From Tubulanus polymorphus (taxonomy: Eukaryota > Animalia > Nemertea), in NCBI RefSeq assembly GCF_964204645.1, contig NC_134027.1, positions 13,300,485 through 13,364,484 on the forward strand: 64,000 nucleotides of DNA. The letters run 5' to 3'. The position numbers and the translations under genes are program-made. The notes beneath the pieces were generated by a model. The model did not search any database and had not been told where the DNA came from. It worked only from the letters and a program-made list of their open reading frames with translations. This document shows positions 1 to 13,443 of this stretch, piece by piece; position 1 is the stretch's first letter; each line of letters starts with the position of its first letter.

Positions 1-204
1 AGGCCTGAGTAGAACATGGGCAACTAGCCGGATATGGCTTGCGACGAGTCGGTAGGCGTCGGGTTGCCGTCACAAGCCGGCTTATGTCGAACCGATAGAG
101 CAGCAACTGGCGGCCTCTCGTAGGCCGTTAGTTGCCGCTAATCGGCGATAAACCCAGTTGCGTCGGTAGGCGTCGCTTTGCTTGTCGACATAAGTCAGCC
201 TTTA
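1..204. mobile_element. Truncated end of a GC-rich non-autonomous DNA transposon (possibly Harbinger-type MITE)
   Basis: GC-rich block with internal repeats (gtcggtaggcgtc twice) ending ...agccttta, then an abrupt switch to AT-rich DNA. Similar in style to the MITE at 46917-47234. The other end lies outside the window. Confidence 0.3.
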
Positions 205-362
205 TGAAATCACAATTGAATAGTGTAAATTATTAGCCTGGGATTGACTAGTCTATGAGCTGGGAGTGTATTTGGACAAATTTAACCCACAAAATGAATC
301 ATCATTTGCCATTTTATGAAAAGTTGACAGGCTGGCCATAGTGCCCCTTGGGGCTCTTGGAA

Positions 363-3300
363 TTGTGTATAAATATTAGTTATCAAAAAACAAAGTCAGT
401 TTATTTGAGATAGCCTAAGTATAGAAACAACTCCTAATATAGATTAAGTCTTTTAATAGTGTATATGTATTAATTATCAAACACCAAAGTCAGTTTACTT
501 GAGATGAGTATAGAAACAACTCCTACTATAGATTAAGTCTTTTTATAGTGTATAAGTATTAATTATCAAAAACCAAAGTCTGTTTATTTGAGATACGTAT
601 AGAAACAACTCCTTGATTATCAAAAAACCAACAGTCAGTTTATTTGAGATGAGTATAGAAACAACTCCCTATTTGTTATAAAAAACCAAATAAGTCTATT
701 TGACATGAGTAGAGTAACGGCTCATACTATAGATTATGCTTTTTATAGTGTATAACTATAGGCCTAAGTCATCAAAAATGAAAATCAGTCTATGTGAGAT
801 GAGTATAGAAACCATTTGAGATGAGTATATAAAAATGGTCTTTTTCATAGTGCATAATTATTAACCATGAAACACCAAAGTCAGTCTAGTTGAGATATGT
901 ATAGAAACGACTCCTACTATAGAGTAAACTTTTTCATTGTGTCTATTAGTCATCAAAAACTAAAGTCAGTTTATTTGAGATGAGTATAGAAACAACTACA
1001 ACTTTAGATTAAGCCTCTTTATTGTGTCTATTAGTCATCAAAAACTAAAGTCATTTTATTTGAGATAAGTATAGAAACAACTCCTACTATTGAGTAAGCT
1101 TTTTCATTGTGTCTATTAGTCATCAAAAACTAAAGTCAGTTTATTTGAGATGAGTATAGAAACAACTACAACTATAGATTAAGCCTCATTATTGTGTCTA
1201 TTAGTCATCAAAAACCAAAAGTCAGTTTATTTGAGATTAGTATAGAAGCTTTTTTATAGTGAATAAATATTAGTTATCAAAATCAGCAGTGAGTTTATTT
1301 GAGATATGTATAGAAACAACTCCTACGATAGATTAAGTCTTTTTATAGTGTATAAGTATTAATTATAAAAAGCCATAGTCAGTTTATTTGAGATGAGTAT
1401 AGAAACAACTCCTACTATAGATTAAGCCTTTTTATAGTGTATAACTATTTGTCATCAAAAACCAAATCAGTGTATTTGACATGAGTATAGGAACGACTCT
1501 TTCTATAGATTAAGCTTTATTTATAGTGTATAAATATTAATTATCGAAAACCAACAGTTAGTTTATTTGAGATGAGAATAGAAACAGATACTCCTATAGA
1601 TTAAGCCTCTTTATTGTGTCTATTAGAATCAAAAAACCAAAAGTCAGTTTATTTTAGATTAGTATAGGCCTAGAAACAATTCCTACTATAGAGTAAGCTT
1701 TTCATTGTGTCTATAAGTCGTCAAAAACTTAAGTCAGTTTATTTGAGATGAGTATAGAAACAACTCCTATAGATTAAGCTTGATTATAGTGTTGAATATT
1801 AGTTATCAAAAACCAACAGTCAGTTTATTTAAGATGAGTATAGAAACAACTCCTACTATAGATTAAGTCTTTTTATGGTGTATAAGTATTAATTATCAAA
1901 AACCAAAATCAGTCTATTTGAGATGAGTATAGAAACGACTCCTACTATAGATTAAGCTTTTTTATAGTGTATAAATATTAGTTATCAAAACCAGCAGTCA
2001 GTTTATTTGAGATATGTATAGAAACCACTCCTACTATAGATTAAGCCTTTTTATAGTGTATAAGTATTAATTATAAAAAGCCATAGTCAGTTTATTTGAG
2101 ATGAGTATAGAAACAACTCCTACTATAGATTAAGCTTGATTATCGTGTTGAATATTAATTATCAAAAACCAACAGTCAGTTTATTTAAGATGAGTATAGA
2201 AACAACTCCTACTATAGATTAAGTCTTTTTATGGTGTATAAGTATTAATTATCAAAAACCAAAATCAGTCTATTTGAGATGAGTATAGAAACGACTCCTA
2301 CTATAGATTAAGCTTTTTTATAGTGTATAAATATTAGTTATCAAAACCAGCAGTCAGTTTATTTGAGATATGTATAGAAACAACTCCTACTATAATAAAT
2401 TTTCAAAAACCAAAAGTCAGTTTATTTTAGATTAGTATAGAAACAACACCTACTATAGATTAAGCTTTTTATAATGAATAAATTTTAGTTATCAAAACCA
2501 GCAGTCAGTTTATTTGAGATATGTATAGAAACAACTCCTACTATAGATTAAGCCTTTTCATAGTGTATAACTATTTGTCATCAAAAACCAAATCAGTGTA
2601 TTTGACATGAGTATAGGAATGACTCTTTCTATAGATTAAGCTTTTTTTGTAGCGTATAAATATAAATTATCGAAAACCAACAGTTAGTTTATTTGAGATG
2701 AGAATAGAAACAAATACTCCTATAGATTAAGCCTCTTTTTTGTGTCTATTAGACATCAAAAAACCAAAAGTCAGTTTATTTTAGATTAGTGTAGAAACAA
2801 CTCCTACTATAGAGTAAGCTTTTTCATTGTGTCTATAAGTCATCAAAAACTAAAGTCAGTTTATTTGAGATGAGTATAGAAACAACTACTTCTATAGATT
2901 AAGCTTGATTATAGTGTTGAATATTAATTTTCAAAAACCAGCAGTCAGTTTATTTGAGATATATATAGAAACAACTCCTACTATAGATTAAGCCTTTTTA
3001 AAGTGTATAAGTATTAATTATAAAAAGCCATAGTCAGTTTATTTGAGATGAGTATAGAAACAACTCCTATTATAGATTAAGTCTTTTTATGGTGTATAAG
3101 TACTAATTATCAAAAACCAAAATCAGTCTATTTGAGATGAGTATAGAAACGACTCCTACTATAGATTAAGCTTTTTTATAGTGTATAAATATTAGTTATC
3201 AAAACCAGCAGTCAGTTTATTTGAGATGAGTATAGAAACAATTCCTACTATAGAGTAAGCTTTTTCATTGTGTCTATAAGTCATCAAAAACTAAAGTCAG

Positions 3301-4877
3301 TTTATTTGAGATGAGTATAGAAACAACTCCTATAGATTAAGCTCGATTATAGTGTTGAATATTAATTATCAAAAACAAACAGTCAGTTTATTTGAGATGA
3401 GTATAAAAACAACTCCTACTATAGATTAAGTCTTTTATGGTGTATAAGTATTAATTATCAAAAACCAAAATCAGTCTATTTGAGATGAGTATAGAAACGA
3501 CTCCTACTATAGATTAAGCTTTTTTATAGTGTATAAATATTAGTTATCAAAACCAGCAGTCAGTTTATTTGAGATGAGTATAGAAACGACTCCTTCTATA
3601 GATTAAGCTTGATTATTGATTATAGTGTTGAATATTAATTATCAAAAACCAACAGTCAGTTTATTTAAGATGAGTATAGAAACAACTCCTACTATAGATT
3701 AAGTCTTTATGGTGTATAAGTATTAATTATCAAAAACCAAAATCAGTCTATGTGAGATGAGTATAGAAACGACTCCTACTATAGATTCAACTTTTTTTAT
3801 AGTGTATAAATATTAGTTATCAAAACCAGCAGTCAGTTTATTTGAGATATGTATAGAAACAACTCCTACTATAGATAAAGCCTTTTTATAGTGTATATGT
3901 ATTAATTCTAAAAAGCCATAGTCAGTTTATTTAAGATGAGTATAGAAACAACTCCTACTATAGATTAAGTCTTTATGGTGTATAAGTATTAATTATCAAA
4001 AACCAAAATCAGTCTATGTGAGATGAGTATTGAAACGACTCCTATTGTAGATTCAGCTTTTTTATAGTGTATAAATATTAGTTATCAAAACCAGCAGTCA
4101 GTTTATTTGAGATATGTATAGAAACAACTCCTACTATAGATAAAGCCTTTTTATAGTGTATAAGTATTAATTCTAAAAAGCCATAGTCAGTTTATTTGAG
4201 ATGAGTATAGAAACAACTCCTACTATAGATTAAGTCTTTTTATGGTGTATAAGTATTAATTATCAAAAACCAAAATCAGTCTATTTGAGATGAGTATAGA
4301 AACGACTCCTACTATAGATTCAGCTTTTTTATAGTGTATAAATATTAGTTATCAAAACCAGCAGTCAGTTTATTTGAGATGAGTATAGAAACGACTCCTT
4401 CTATAGATTAAGCTTGATTATAGTCTTGAATATTAATTATCAAAAACCAACAGTCAGTTTGTTTAAGATGAGTATAGAAACAACTCCTACTATAGATTAA
4501 GTCTTTTTATGGTGTATAAGTATTAATTATCAAAACCAAAATCAGTCTATTTGAGATGAGCATAGAAACGACTCCTACTATAGATTTAGCTTTTTTATAG
4601 TGTATAAATATTAGTTATCAAAACCAGCAGTCAGTTTATTTGAGATATGTATAGAAACAACTCCTACTATAGATAAAGCCTTTTTATAGTGTATAAGTAT
4701 TAATTATAAAAAGCCATAGTCAGTTTATTTGAGATGAGTATAGAAACAACTATAGATTAATTCTTTTTATGGTGTATAAGTATTAATTATCAAAAACCAA
4801 AATCAGTCTATTTGAGATGAGTATAGAAACGACTCCTACTATAGATTAAGCTTTTTTATAGTGTATAAATATTAGTT
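363..4877 (+). repeat. ~89-bp tandem satellite array, left block
   Basis: Recurring unit tattagttatcaaaaccagcagtcagtttatttgagatgagtatagaaacaactcctactatagattaagctttttatagtgtataa; gtcagtttatttgag recurs at 1997 and 2086 (89 bp). No unique spacers. Confidence 0.97.
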
Positions 4878-5160
4878 CCCAGCTGGCAAATTACCGACAA
4901 ACAACGTCGGATTTTGGTTGATGTTTGATTATGTTAGTAACATGACATTTATCTTACGTCGGATTGACGTCGCACAGTTCGACCAGGATAATTGGTTGTG
5001 ACGTGACATCAATTCGACGTCGGTTCTTTGACGTATCAAGTATTGTGTAAGAAGAGTATTAATACGTCAATACAATAATGAATATTTGTAATTTTTAAGA
5101 TGTCTTTCTATGGAATAACGATTCTGACCTCGAAATTGTATTGAAGAATAATAATGTATT

Positions 5161-5301
5161 CGGGATTCGAACCGCCTCGAACTCCGTGCATACTCTGCTG
5201 TCTGACGTCTAACCAGTGCTCGTACCAGTTGTCGTCTGCCATTTTATTTTCCTCGCTGCGTGACGCTCGCTCGCTGTTTCTTCAGCAGATTTATCATTCA
5301 G
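5161..5301 (+). promoter_or_regulatory. Putative EnSpm promoter and non-coding first exon
   Basis: CpG-richer patch with GCCATTTT (YY1/initiator-like), splice donor CAG|GTACGT at 5301/5302, and a reverse B-box-like GGGATTCGAACC near 5162. Function is inferred. Confidence 0.45.
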
Positions 5302-6238
5302 GTACGTGAGTTCTACATTGTGTTTACTTCCATTACTTGCAATTTAATATGTTCTTCAGTATAACAGTCCACTGTGCACGAGTAAGGAAACTACAATTGC
5401 CCCCAGCCAAATTACGGCTCTCGGTGTCCACTGCGCATGTGCAATTGATATGTCTATTATTTGTAAACATAAGCACATGGCTAACAGTGTTGACATTTCA
5501 ATGTTTGCACGTGCTTTTCTGGCGTTTTACACTTTTAATTTCTTGGACGAATCCAGGAATTAAGAAAGGGAATTTAGACAGAGGCCCAGTGGCACTTCCC
5601 AAGAATGTTTGAAAACAATTCTGTAGGCCTATTGACATTGTTCATAAAACATAATTACCATGCAATAATGTTAGAAAAAAGTAGGGGGAACCCCTTCGCC
5701 CCTTATTAATCTGTCACTGGCAGCACTCGTTATATAGGCCTATTACATATGCCTACCAACAAGTAGTCTAGAAAACGGACAATTTCCAAATCAATTTTTT
5801 TAATTATTTTCCGAACTGTGTAAAAGATTTCCCAAAACTAGTACGATAAAAGTTGTAAATAATAATAACAAATTTTTTTAAAACTCAACCCATATCAATC
5901 TTTACGGGTATCCCATAAAAAACTATCAAGACCTCATCTTAGGCCTACCCGCGGTACTCTCGTAGGCCCATTGGCAGGTTGTCATAATTTTTTTAGAAAC
6001 CATGGCTCGAATGCCGTCAAATTCCATTATTTTCCCGAAGATCTTTGCAAATTTTCATGAATTTTCTTTTCAAAATTTTCCTAACCACCCCCGCTTCACG
6101 ACCTTCGGTCACAAAGGCTTCGCTGGTCTAGGCCTATGGGTCACGGGCTTGTTTCTTGTCAGCCACTCTCCTTTGGAAATTCCTAGCTAGGATCCACACC
6201 CCTGTTTAGGTAGGTCTTCCTGAAAATAGCATTAGATA

Positions 6239-6554
6239 GGCAGCTGCACAATTCTAAAACATTGATTAATATTTCATTTTACACTAAGTATTGAAAGTTT
6301 TATTTGAATGGAGTTGCATCATAGAAAAAGACATGGGTCTTAAATAGGCCTAATCAAGTTTAACAATATGTTTCCGTGCCTTCCGACTGAAATAAAATGT
6401 GCTGAAAACTAAAATAATGGCATGGAAACACAGGAAACATAGGCCTATTGTTAAACATTCAAAATTATGGTAGGCTATCTTATTTCAACTCCATTTAAAG
6501 AAAGACTTGCAATCCTTGAATACAGTGTAAAATAGATGATGTAGTTCAGCTGCC
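6239..6554. mobile_element. Degenerate palindromic MITE inside the EnSpm 5' intron
   Basis: Nested inverted blocks: ggcagctg/cagctgcc, ttttacact/agtgtaaaa, aatggagttg/caactccatt, gtttaacaat/attgttaaac. Confidence 0.6.
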
Positions 6555-7063
6555 CATTTTTGCTGATCATATTAAATTACGTAGGCCCTATCTACAAAAA
6601 CTGAGCTAGGCCACCTGATGTCAAGCAAAGTTGAAATAAATATCACATTTGAAAACGCCCTTTCAAGCCAAGTTGAAAACAAATAGTTGAGACTATTTCT
6701 ATCTATTGTTTTATTTCTAACGTTTCGGGTGGAATACTTCAGAGATTGATATGAAATTGATGGTCACAATACCTAGCAACTGTAGTTTAATATTGTAGCC
6801 TACCTAATTTCATCTCTAAAGATTGGTGAAAGTATTTTTTAGATTTGGCCACCAGGGGGTGCCCCTGGGTGTGGGGCTTTAAATCAGATCATACATTACC
6901 AATTGGCAGTACCAGGTAATATTTTCTTGGGGAGAGTTTTTTTCTGTATTTTATATAGTCATTTAACACACAGCAGAGCTATTAGCCGATAGGCTCCTTG
7001 TTTACGTTGATGATTTAGAATTTGTCTTCAAATCCGTCCTCATTTTCAAATTTAATTAGGAAA

Positions 7064-9015
7064 ATGAATAACTATAGAAGGAACTGGCGTAAACGTCAGG
7101 CAGATGTCAAGGAGTTGGTAAACATGCCCATCGAAAATAATCTAAATATAAGACATATATTTAGTGATGATGAGAACTTGGAAGTTCCTCATTTTAATGA
7201 AAATAACCTTGATGAGGCTGACACAGATGAAGAAAGTAATGTCGATGATGAAAATGATTATTTCCTATCAGATTCCTTCTCAAGTGTATCCGACTCTGAT
7301 GTTGTTGCAGATTCCAGTGATTCGGATAGTATTCCTGAACCAGATTTGCGACAGGAGTTGAGTACGTGGGCCTGTGAAGCAAATATAAGTAGATCTACAT
7401 GTGATAAATTGTTAAATATACTTCGAAAACATGGTCACGAAGAACTCCCTATAGATTCTAGAACACTCCTACAAACGCCGGTAGATGTATCAACAACTAA
7501 TAAATGCGGTGGAAATTATTTGTATCTTGGCATAAGAAAATCAGTGTTGCAGCTTTTATCTTTGTGTAAAGGGCATTATGACTATGGAAATTCTCTTAAT
7601 TTGACTATAAATGTGGATGGTCTACCTCTTTTCAAGTCCAGTGGATCTCAGCTATGGCCAATATCGTGTGGATTATTGCCTTACCCATCTGGAATTCAGC
7701 CAAGTGTGATAGCTCTGTACTGTAGTAATAAAAAGCCAAATTCAATTGATGAGTTTCTGTCAGACTTTTTACAAGAATATGAAATTCTCAAAGAAAATGG
7801 CATTTGGTATGCTGGGAAATTATACAGTATATATATTAAGGCTTTTATATGTGATACACCAGCGAGAGCTCTCTTAAAATCAACGATCGGACATACAGGA
7901 TATTTTGCATGTGAGAGATGCACTGAAAAGGGTGAACATGTTAATCGTAGATGTGTTTTTAGAAGGAATGTTATGCCATTGCGTCATGATAATGATTTTA
8001 GTAGACTGCAATATGTCGGCACTCATCAGAAAGGTAGATCACCATTAATAGATGCAGGTATATTGTGCATTCGTCAATTTTCACTGGACTATATGCACCT
8101 TGTTTGTTTGGGTGTTACGCGGCGCCTATTATTTTTCCTCACAAAGGGACCACGGATATGTAAACTTTCCAATCAGCAATGTCAACAAGTATCTGATGCT
8201 CTAGTAAATTTAAGAGGTAAATTGCCTTCTGAGTTTTCAAGGCAACCAAGGAGTCTGCTTGAGCTCAAACATTGGAAAGCCACTGAATACAGGCAGTTTT
8301 TGCTTTACACAGGTCCACTCGTCTTAAAAGGAGTGCTGTCAGATAATGCCTATACTCATTTCATGTCATTGTCTATCGCAATTTCTATTATGTTAGATGA
8401 AAATCATGATTATAGAACTGGATACTTGGAGTATTCACGTCAGCTCTTAGAATTCTTCGTCTTCAATGCTGCAGCACATTATGGGAATTATTTTACTGTT
8501 TTTAATGTACATTCATTGATCCATTTGCATCAAGATGTTGAATACTTTGGTTCATCGCTCCATGCTGTGTCTGGATTTCCATTTGAAAACTTTCTTCAGA
8601 TATTGAAACGAAAAGTAAAGAATGCAAAAAATCCAATCGCACAAATAGCAAAAAGACTTAGCGAGGAAGAAAAGTCATCAGCATCAGTCGTATCACGAGG
8701 CCGCTCCACCATTTATTCTGCCGCTAAAAAAGAGATAACTGTTTTTTGTTGTGTAATGGAGATGTTGGATTCATCCAAGAAGTGCGCGAGAACACGTTAG
8801 TTTGTGATATCTTGAAAAAGAGAAATGCTCAAGACTTCTTCATTCGACCATGTGAATCAAAGCAATTCGGGATTTTATATATATCACAATTTCAAATGCT
8901 TCATATGCACCGACGAGAGCTCCAGCTTAATCATCTTTTACGAAAAATGGCATGTTTGCCTTATAAAGAAGGAAACATTTTGATACCTCTACTCCAAGAT
9001 GTAAATTTCAATTAA
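7064..9015 (+). CDS. EnSpm/CACTA DDE transposase with one frameshift at the A6 run 8726-8731
   Basis: Motifs INVDGLPLFKSS..QLWPI, FICDTPARA, GHTGYFACERC, LDYMHLVCLGV, WKATEYRQFLLY, NVHSLIHL, FPFENFL. First ATG at 7064 follows an acceptor ttag|g (7059/7060). Adding one A joins ORF 7022-8800 to the C-terminal RDNCFLL...IPLLQ (ORF 8746-9015). Confidence 0.92.
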
Positions 9016-9277
9016 GGAATAACAATTGCGCTCAGGTAAAATATCAATCCAAAGGATCCTGCTAGATAATTTTAACTGTATATTTACTTTACAATGATTT
9101 CAACGTCAATTCACAGTTCAAGTTTACTATTGCAGGAAAACATTGGATAAAACAATTTATTTTTATTTTTTGATAGATGTGATAACTAGAAAATATCAAT
9201 TACAATGTAACATACCCTGGTATACCTTGTGTTGATGTATGCAAATAATCTACCTAATTGTTATTTTTTTCAGTAAC

Positions 9278-12200
9278 ATGGACGATCAAAACCAAATGTG
9301 GGCGCGTGTCGTTTGGTTGGAAAATAACAATGGAACTGAAAAAGAGTTTGAAGATACGGTTCCGCACTCATGGATTGAAAAAGAAAAAGATGTTCTGCGA
9401 TGGCCACCTGGCATTGATGCATCTAAATATCTCAATAAAATGGTCGTTCCAGGCAATAATTGGCGTGATTTCAAGTTGGTTAAAATAAAACACGTTTCCG
9501 GTCAGTATTTTAAAGATATTAATATACAGGTGCATGTACTTATGGTTTCATGATCTTCCTATTTAGTAACTCTGTTCCTTTTTCTTGTTATTGGAGTTGA
9601 TCGTTCAGAGTGTGATAAATGTGAAGAAACTGATGTTACAACCGATCATTGTAAGAAAACCCTATCTGGACGTCATAGTAAGAAAAGAAAAAGGCACGAG
9701 TATTTATATGGTAAGAAATATTGTTTTTTTCTGCTTCAAAATTTAAAGGGTTCTCACTTCGATCAACAAGATCAATATTTCCTACATGTTAAAATAAGCG
9801 ATTTAGAAATACGTGTAAATTGTCTGATTAAGAAATAGGTTTGAATGTTTCAAAATTAGAATTACTGTATATGAATATTATACAAATGCATTGATACAAA
9901 TTTTGGATCAGGGGAGCCAGACACCTCCATTCTGATACCTGTGATTGGTGTGGAATCGGATGACTGGATTTTGTAAGGCCTTTATGTTGCTTTTAATGAG
10001 TTTGTTTTCATTTAGAGTCAGAGTCCGATCAAGATTCAGAAATTGATAGTTTAATGGGTATGTGGATATGTTACGTGTCTGGTTAGCCAATTTGGGACTT
10101 TAAGCAGCGTTCACACGACAACTAGTTAGACCAGTCTAAATTGGTCCGCACCAGTCCTATTCAAATCTGGTTCGCTCCTTTAGGTCGGCCCCAATTAGAC
10201 CGGTCTTGAGCCGAACCAATTTGGAACATAATTTCTGTCCACGGTGAACGCTTGGTCCGGTCTAAATAAGGTTTTGTGAACGTGCCTTGTCTTAGCAGGC
10301 TATTGTTGTGTTCACTTTTTGTCCATTGGTTCGTCACCAATCCATAGTCGGATTCCAGTTAGTTTGGGAAATTTTGAAAATGCTTTCATCAATTTTCTGA
10401 AAGTTTGGTATGGGATCATTCATTTATTACGTACGCATAGAATTTAAATTTTGTGCACTTTACTTTCTATATACATTAAGCATTACTTACAGTTCGCATC
10501 AGGGGAAGATCCAGGATTTTGGATATGGGGGCGGGAGGCATCGGGCTTAGAATACCCGAAATACAGGATGCTGTATATGCGATTTCCAGGCAATTAGAGA
10601 CACCTGTTGTCTTTTTCAAAGCCTATCTCAGTGATAATAGGGGCGGGGGGGCGTACACCACTTCCGCCCCTGCCCATCCCCCTCCCCTAATGCGTACGGA
10701 ATAAATGAATGACCCCCTATATCGTAGCTCCGACATCTTTGGCCTTTGGATCAGTCGACAGAGCCAGCGGTCATATTGTTTTTTTCAATGTTTTTTTGTT
10801 GTTTTTTTTTAAATGAAAATATCCACATGTTTAGTTAAGTTAATTGTTTTGATATTAGATATTTTTTGTTAGCACTGTCACTGAGGGAATTTAAATTTTG
10901 AAGTTGTCAAGCATTTCACCAACTGGGCATAGTGTCTCTCGACTCCTAGTTTAATTTATACTTGTAGGGTATAAACCATTACCACTAGTACCCCCCGTGC
11001 CACCAATGAATCGGTTTGTTTCATCACCTCGTGATCAATTGCAATCAACAGATATGAAGCGTCACACAGCAACATATTCAGAAATGCGGCCTTCGCAAGA
11101 AAGTGTAAATGAGTACATTCTATCACCTCGTCCAGTCAGTGTAAATCAGGACATTCTATCACCTCGTCCAGTCAGTCTCAATCGTACGTTCGATCACTTC
11201 TCTGAACAATCGCAATCGAGGGATATTCCCCTGTTTAAGCGTCACACAGCAACGTATTCAGAAATGCGGCCTTCGCAAGAAAGTGTAAATGAGTACATTC
11301 TATCACCTCGTCCAGTCAGTCTCAATCGTACGTTCGATCACTTGTCTGATCAATCGCAATCAAGGGATATTCCCTTGTTCAAACGCCACGCAGCTACATA
11401 TTCAGAAATGCGGCCTTCGCAATACAAAAAGGATAGGAAGAGTACTTCATCAACGTTAGATCGTTCATTTTCTCAGCAGTCCGATCAATCAATTGAATTA
11501 GCAGTCAATGTAGGCCAACTAGCAGGTGAAAGTATGGATGATGTTTCTTCAAAAACAACCCAAATATTTCCCATACCAGAAGGAAGTAAGTACAATGTGG
11601 AATTTAAAATATTGTGCATATATATTCAATAGTATGTTCATTGATACCTATAATGATTGTATAATACAAAGATATATTCCAAAGAATATTCAGTTAGTAA
11701 AAGTTCACATCTAATATTGTGTTTTCCAGAGTTTCAGAAGAAAGTGTTTTTCTTACTCGCTGAAATTCGAAGCTCGTTGCAGCGGTTTGAAAGAGAGAGA
11801 AATACTGAGGAATACAAGGTTGAGCAAGTGAAGGGTATGAATGAGTTTAATGAATTGGAGGAATTCATCCAAAACCCGGAGAATAGAAAATTATTGGTGA
11901 GTTGCTCTGATCTGAAATAAACCACGTTTTTTTTTCAATCTTAATGGGATTTATAATTTTTTCCTTAGGTTTTGCGATTGGAAAAGATAGGAGGTGAGAC
12001 TGTCGCTAATAGTGTCTTAAAAACCATGCAGAGGTAAGCCACACAAATGATTTCTCAAATTAATTTAGTTATTTTTTAGATATAAGTCCTAAAGTTGGCT
12101 CTTGTGTTTACTTTTCAGCCATTGAAATTGTTTTTCGCCAAAATCTGCTCTTTTTGCACATTTTTGAAGTAATCAAGAGAAATTTGATGAGGGTCATTCA

Positions 12201-12975
12201 TCTATTACGTACGGATTAGACGAGGGGGACGGGTAATGCTTAATATGAAAAAATGGCCGATTTTGCCTGTTGAAGTATTCAAATTCTATGCATACGTAAT
12301 AAATGATTGATTCCAGAGGCTTGAACCCATTATCTCGATCTTTTATATATGTTTGGTCTATCAACATAAGAAACATTGAGTTTATTGATCACAAGATGGC
12401 GGTCCAGTTAGTTCAATTTTGGCATGAATTCCTGAGAACTGTAATTTTCCAATGGTTTGCCAATTTAAATTGAATCTTTCTATAATGGGTATTTTTTGTG
12501 AACTTTATCATTCATGTGTAGTAAGCGAGGGGATGTAGAATATTGAAATCGTCAGGTTTTTGTGCATTTAAGAAATCTTCCCTAATGGGTGTGGACCTCT
12601 AGTTGTTCTTATTTTGTCATTCTGTATTTTAGAGTTATGACCAATGATGTAATGTCAAAATTCAACATGAAAGGAAATCGTGGTAAGAGAGCTTTTGAAA
12701 AGACAAATATGTGCCTTGCAATAACAGGTAATAAAACACAGTATTTTACTGCTTAAATAGTGGATCCTGGAATTACATGTATTGCCATTTTAAATTGATC
12801 ATGACGATTCAGAAGTCATAGCTCAATAACCTCAACTGCTTTGTTCGTATATTTTCCAGAAAGTGTTATGAAACTCTTTTCAACGGCGACAGAGGGTATG
12901 GTTTTAAAATCGATCGGTACAACTTTGAAGTATGCTCCAGATAGAAAGGGCGGACCAGGGCGAAAAGGTGATTAG
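9278..12975 (+). CDS. EnSpm accessory protein with C-terminal DUF4806 domain; 8 exons, 479 aa, intact
   Basis: Exons 9278-9500, 9597-9710, 10016-10057, 10968-11585, 11730-11896, 11969-12033, 12633-12727, 12860-12975. All introns are GT-AG with matching phases, total 1440 nt. N-terminal TVPHSWI...LRWPP; C-terminal FQKKVFFLLAEIR...IGG...MTNDVMSKFNMKGNRGKRAF...LKYAPDRKGG. Confidence 0.88.
10101..10290. mobile_element. MITE fragment in an intron of the DUF4806 gene; related copy at about 37098-37152 in reverse
   Basis: ttcacacgacaactagtta at 10110 matches the reverse complement of taactagttgtcgtgtgaa near 37133-37151; TAA at the left edge suggests Harbinger. Confidence 0.45.
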
Positions 12976-13036
12976 AACTCTCGTCAACATTGTAAAGAAT
13001 GCTAGGGACCAAAGCAAGTAATACTTGCAAAGCAGA

Positions 13037-13443
13037 TTATAACGAATATAAAATTTTACACAAGTTTAAATGCTACTCAGCTGATAGTGATATTATTATA
13101 TCATTATTAACTGAGTTTCCATCCCCGCTTGCCAGGGTCTGATTGGCTCCCGCTGATGATCACGCCAATACACACCCTGACTGCAGACTCTTCATTGGTC
13201 TATTACACCCTCAAGATTTCTTGTGCGGACTGGTGACCACTGGGCGGCAACCCGTCCACCCGAGATTGGACGTTGCAATAGCCCAATCACGGGTTTGTGG
13301 CCAGGGTTTGTGCTGGCGTGAGCTTCAGCGAGAGGCAATCAAACCCTGGTAAGCGGGGATGGAAACTCGACTGGAATGAAATAATATTATCACTATCAGC
13401 TGAGTAGCATTTAAGCTCGTGTAAAATTTGGTATTCCTTATAA
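13037..13443. mobile_element. Palindromic MITE with ~120-bp imperfect inverted arms, just downstream of the DUF4806 stop
   Basis: ttataacgaata...aaatgctactcagctgatagtgata...gagtttccatccccgctt pairs with aagcggggatggaaactc...tatcactatcagctgagtagcattt...tattccttataa. Confidence 0.8.

Noticed and set aside
5161-5226. tRNA gene on the minus strand
   Set aside because: Only box-like motifs are present; I could not build a convincing cloverleaf.
8720-8740. Programmed -1 ribosomal frameshift in the transposase
   Set aside because: The in-frame context T AAA AAA G is not a canonical X XXY YYZ heptamer; a 1-nt homopolymer loss or assembly error is simpler.
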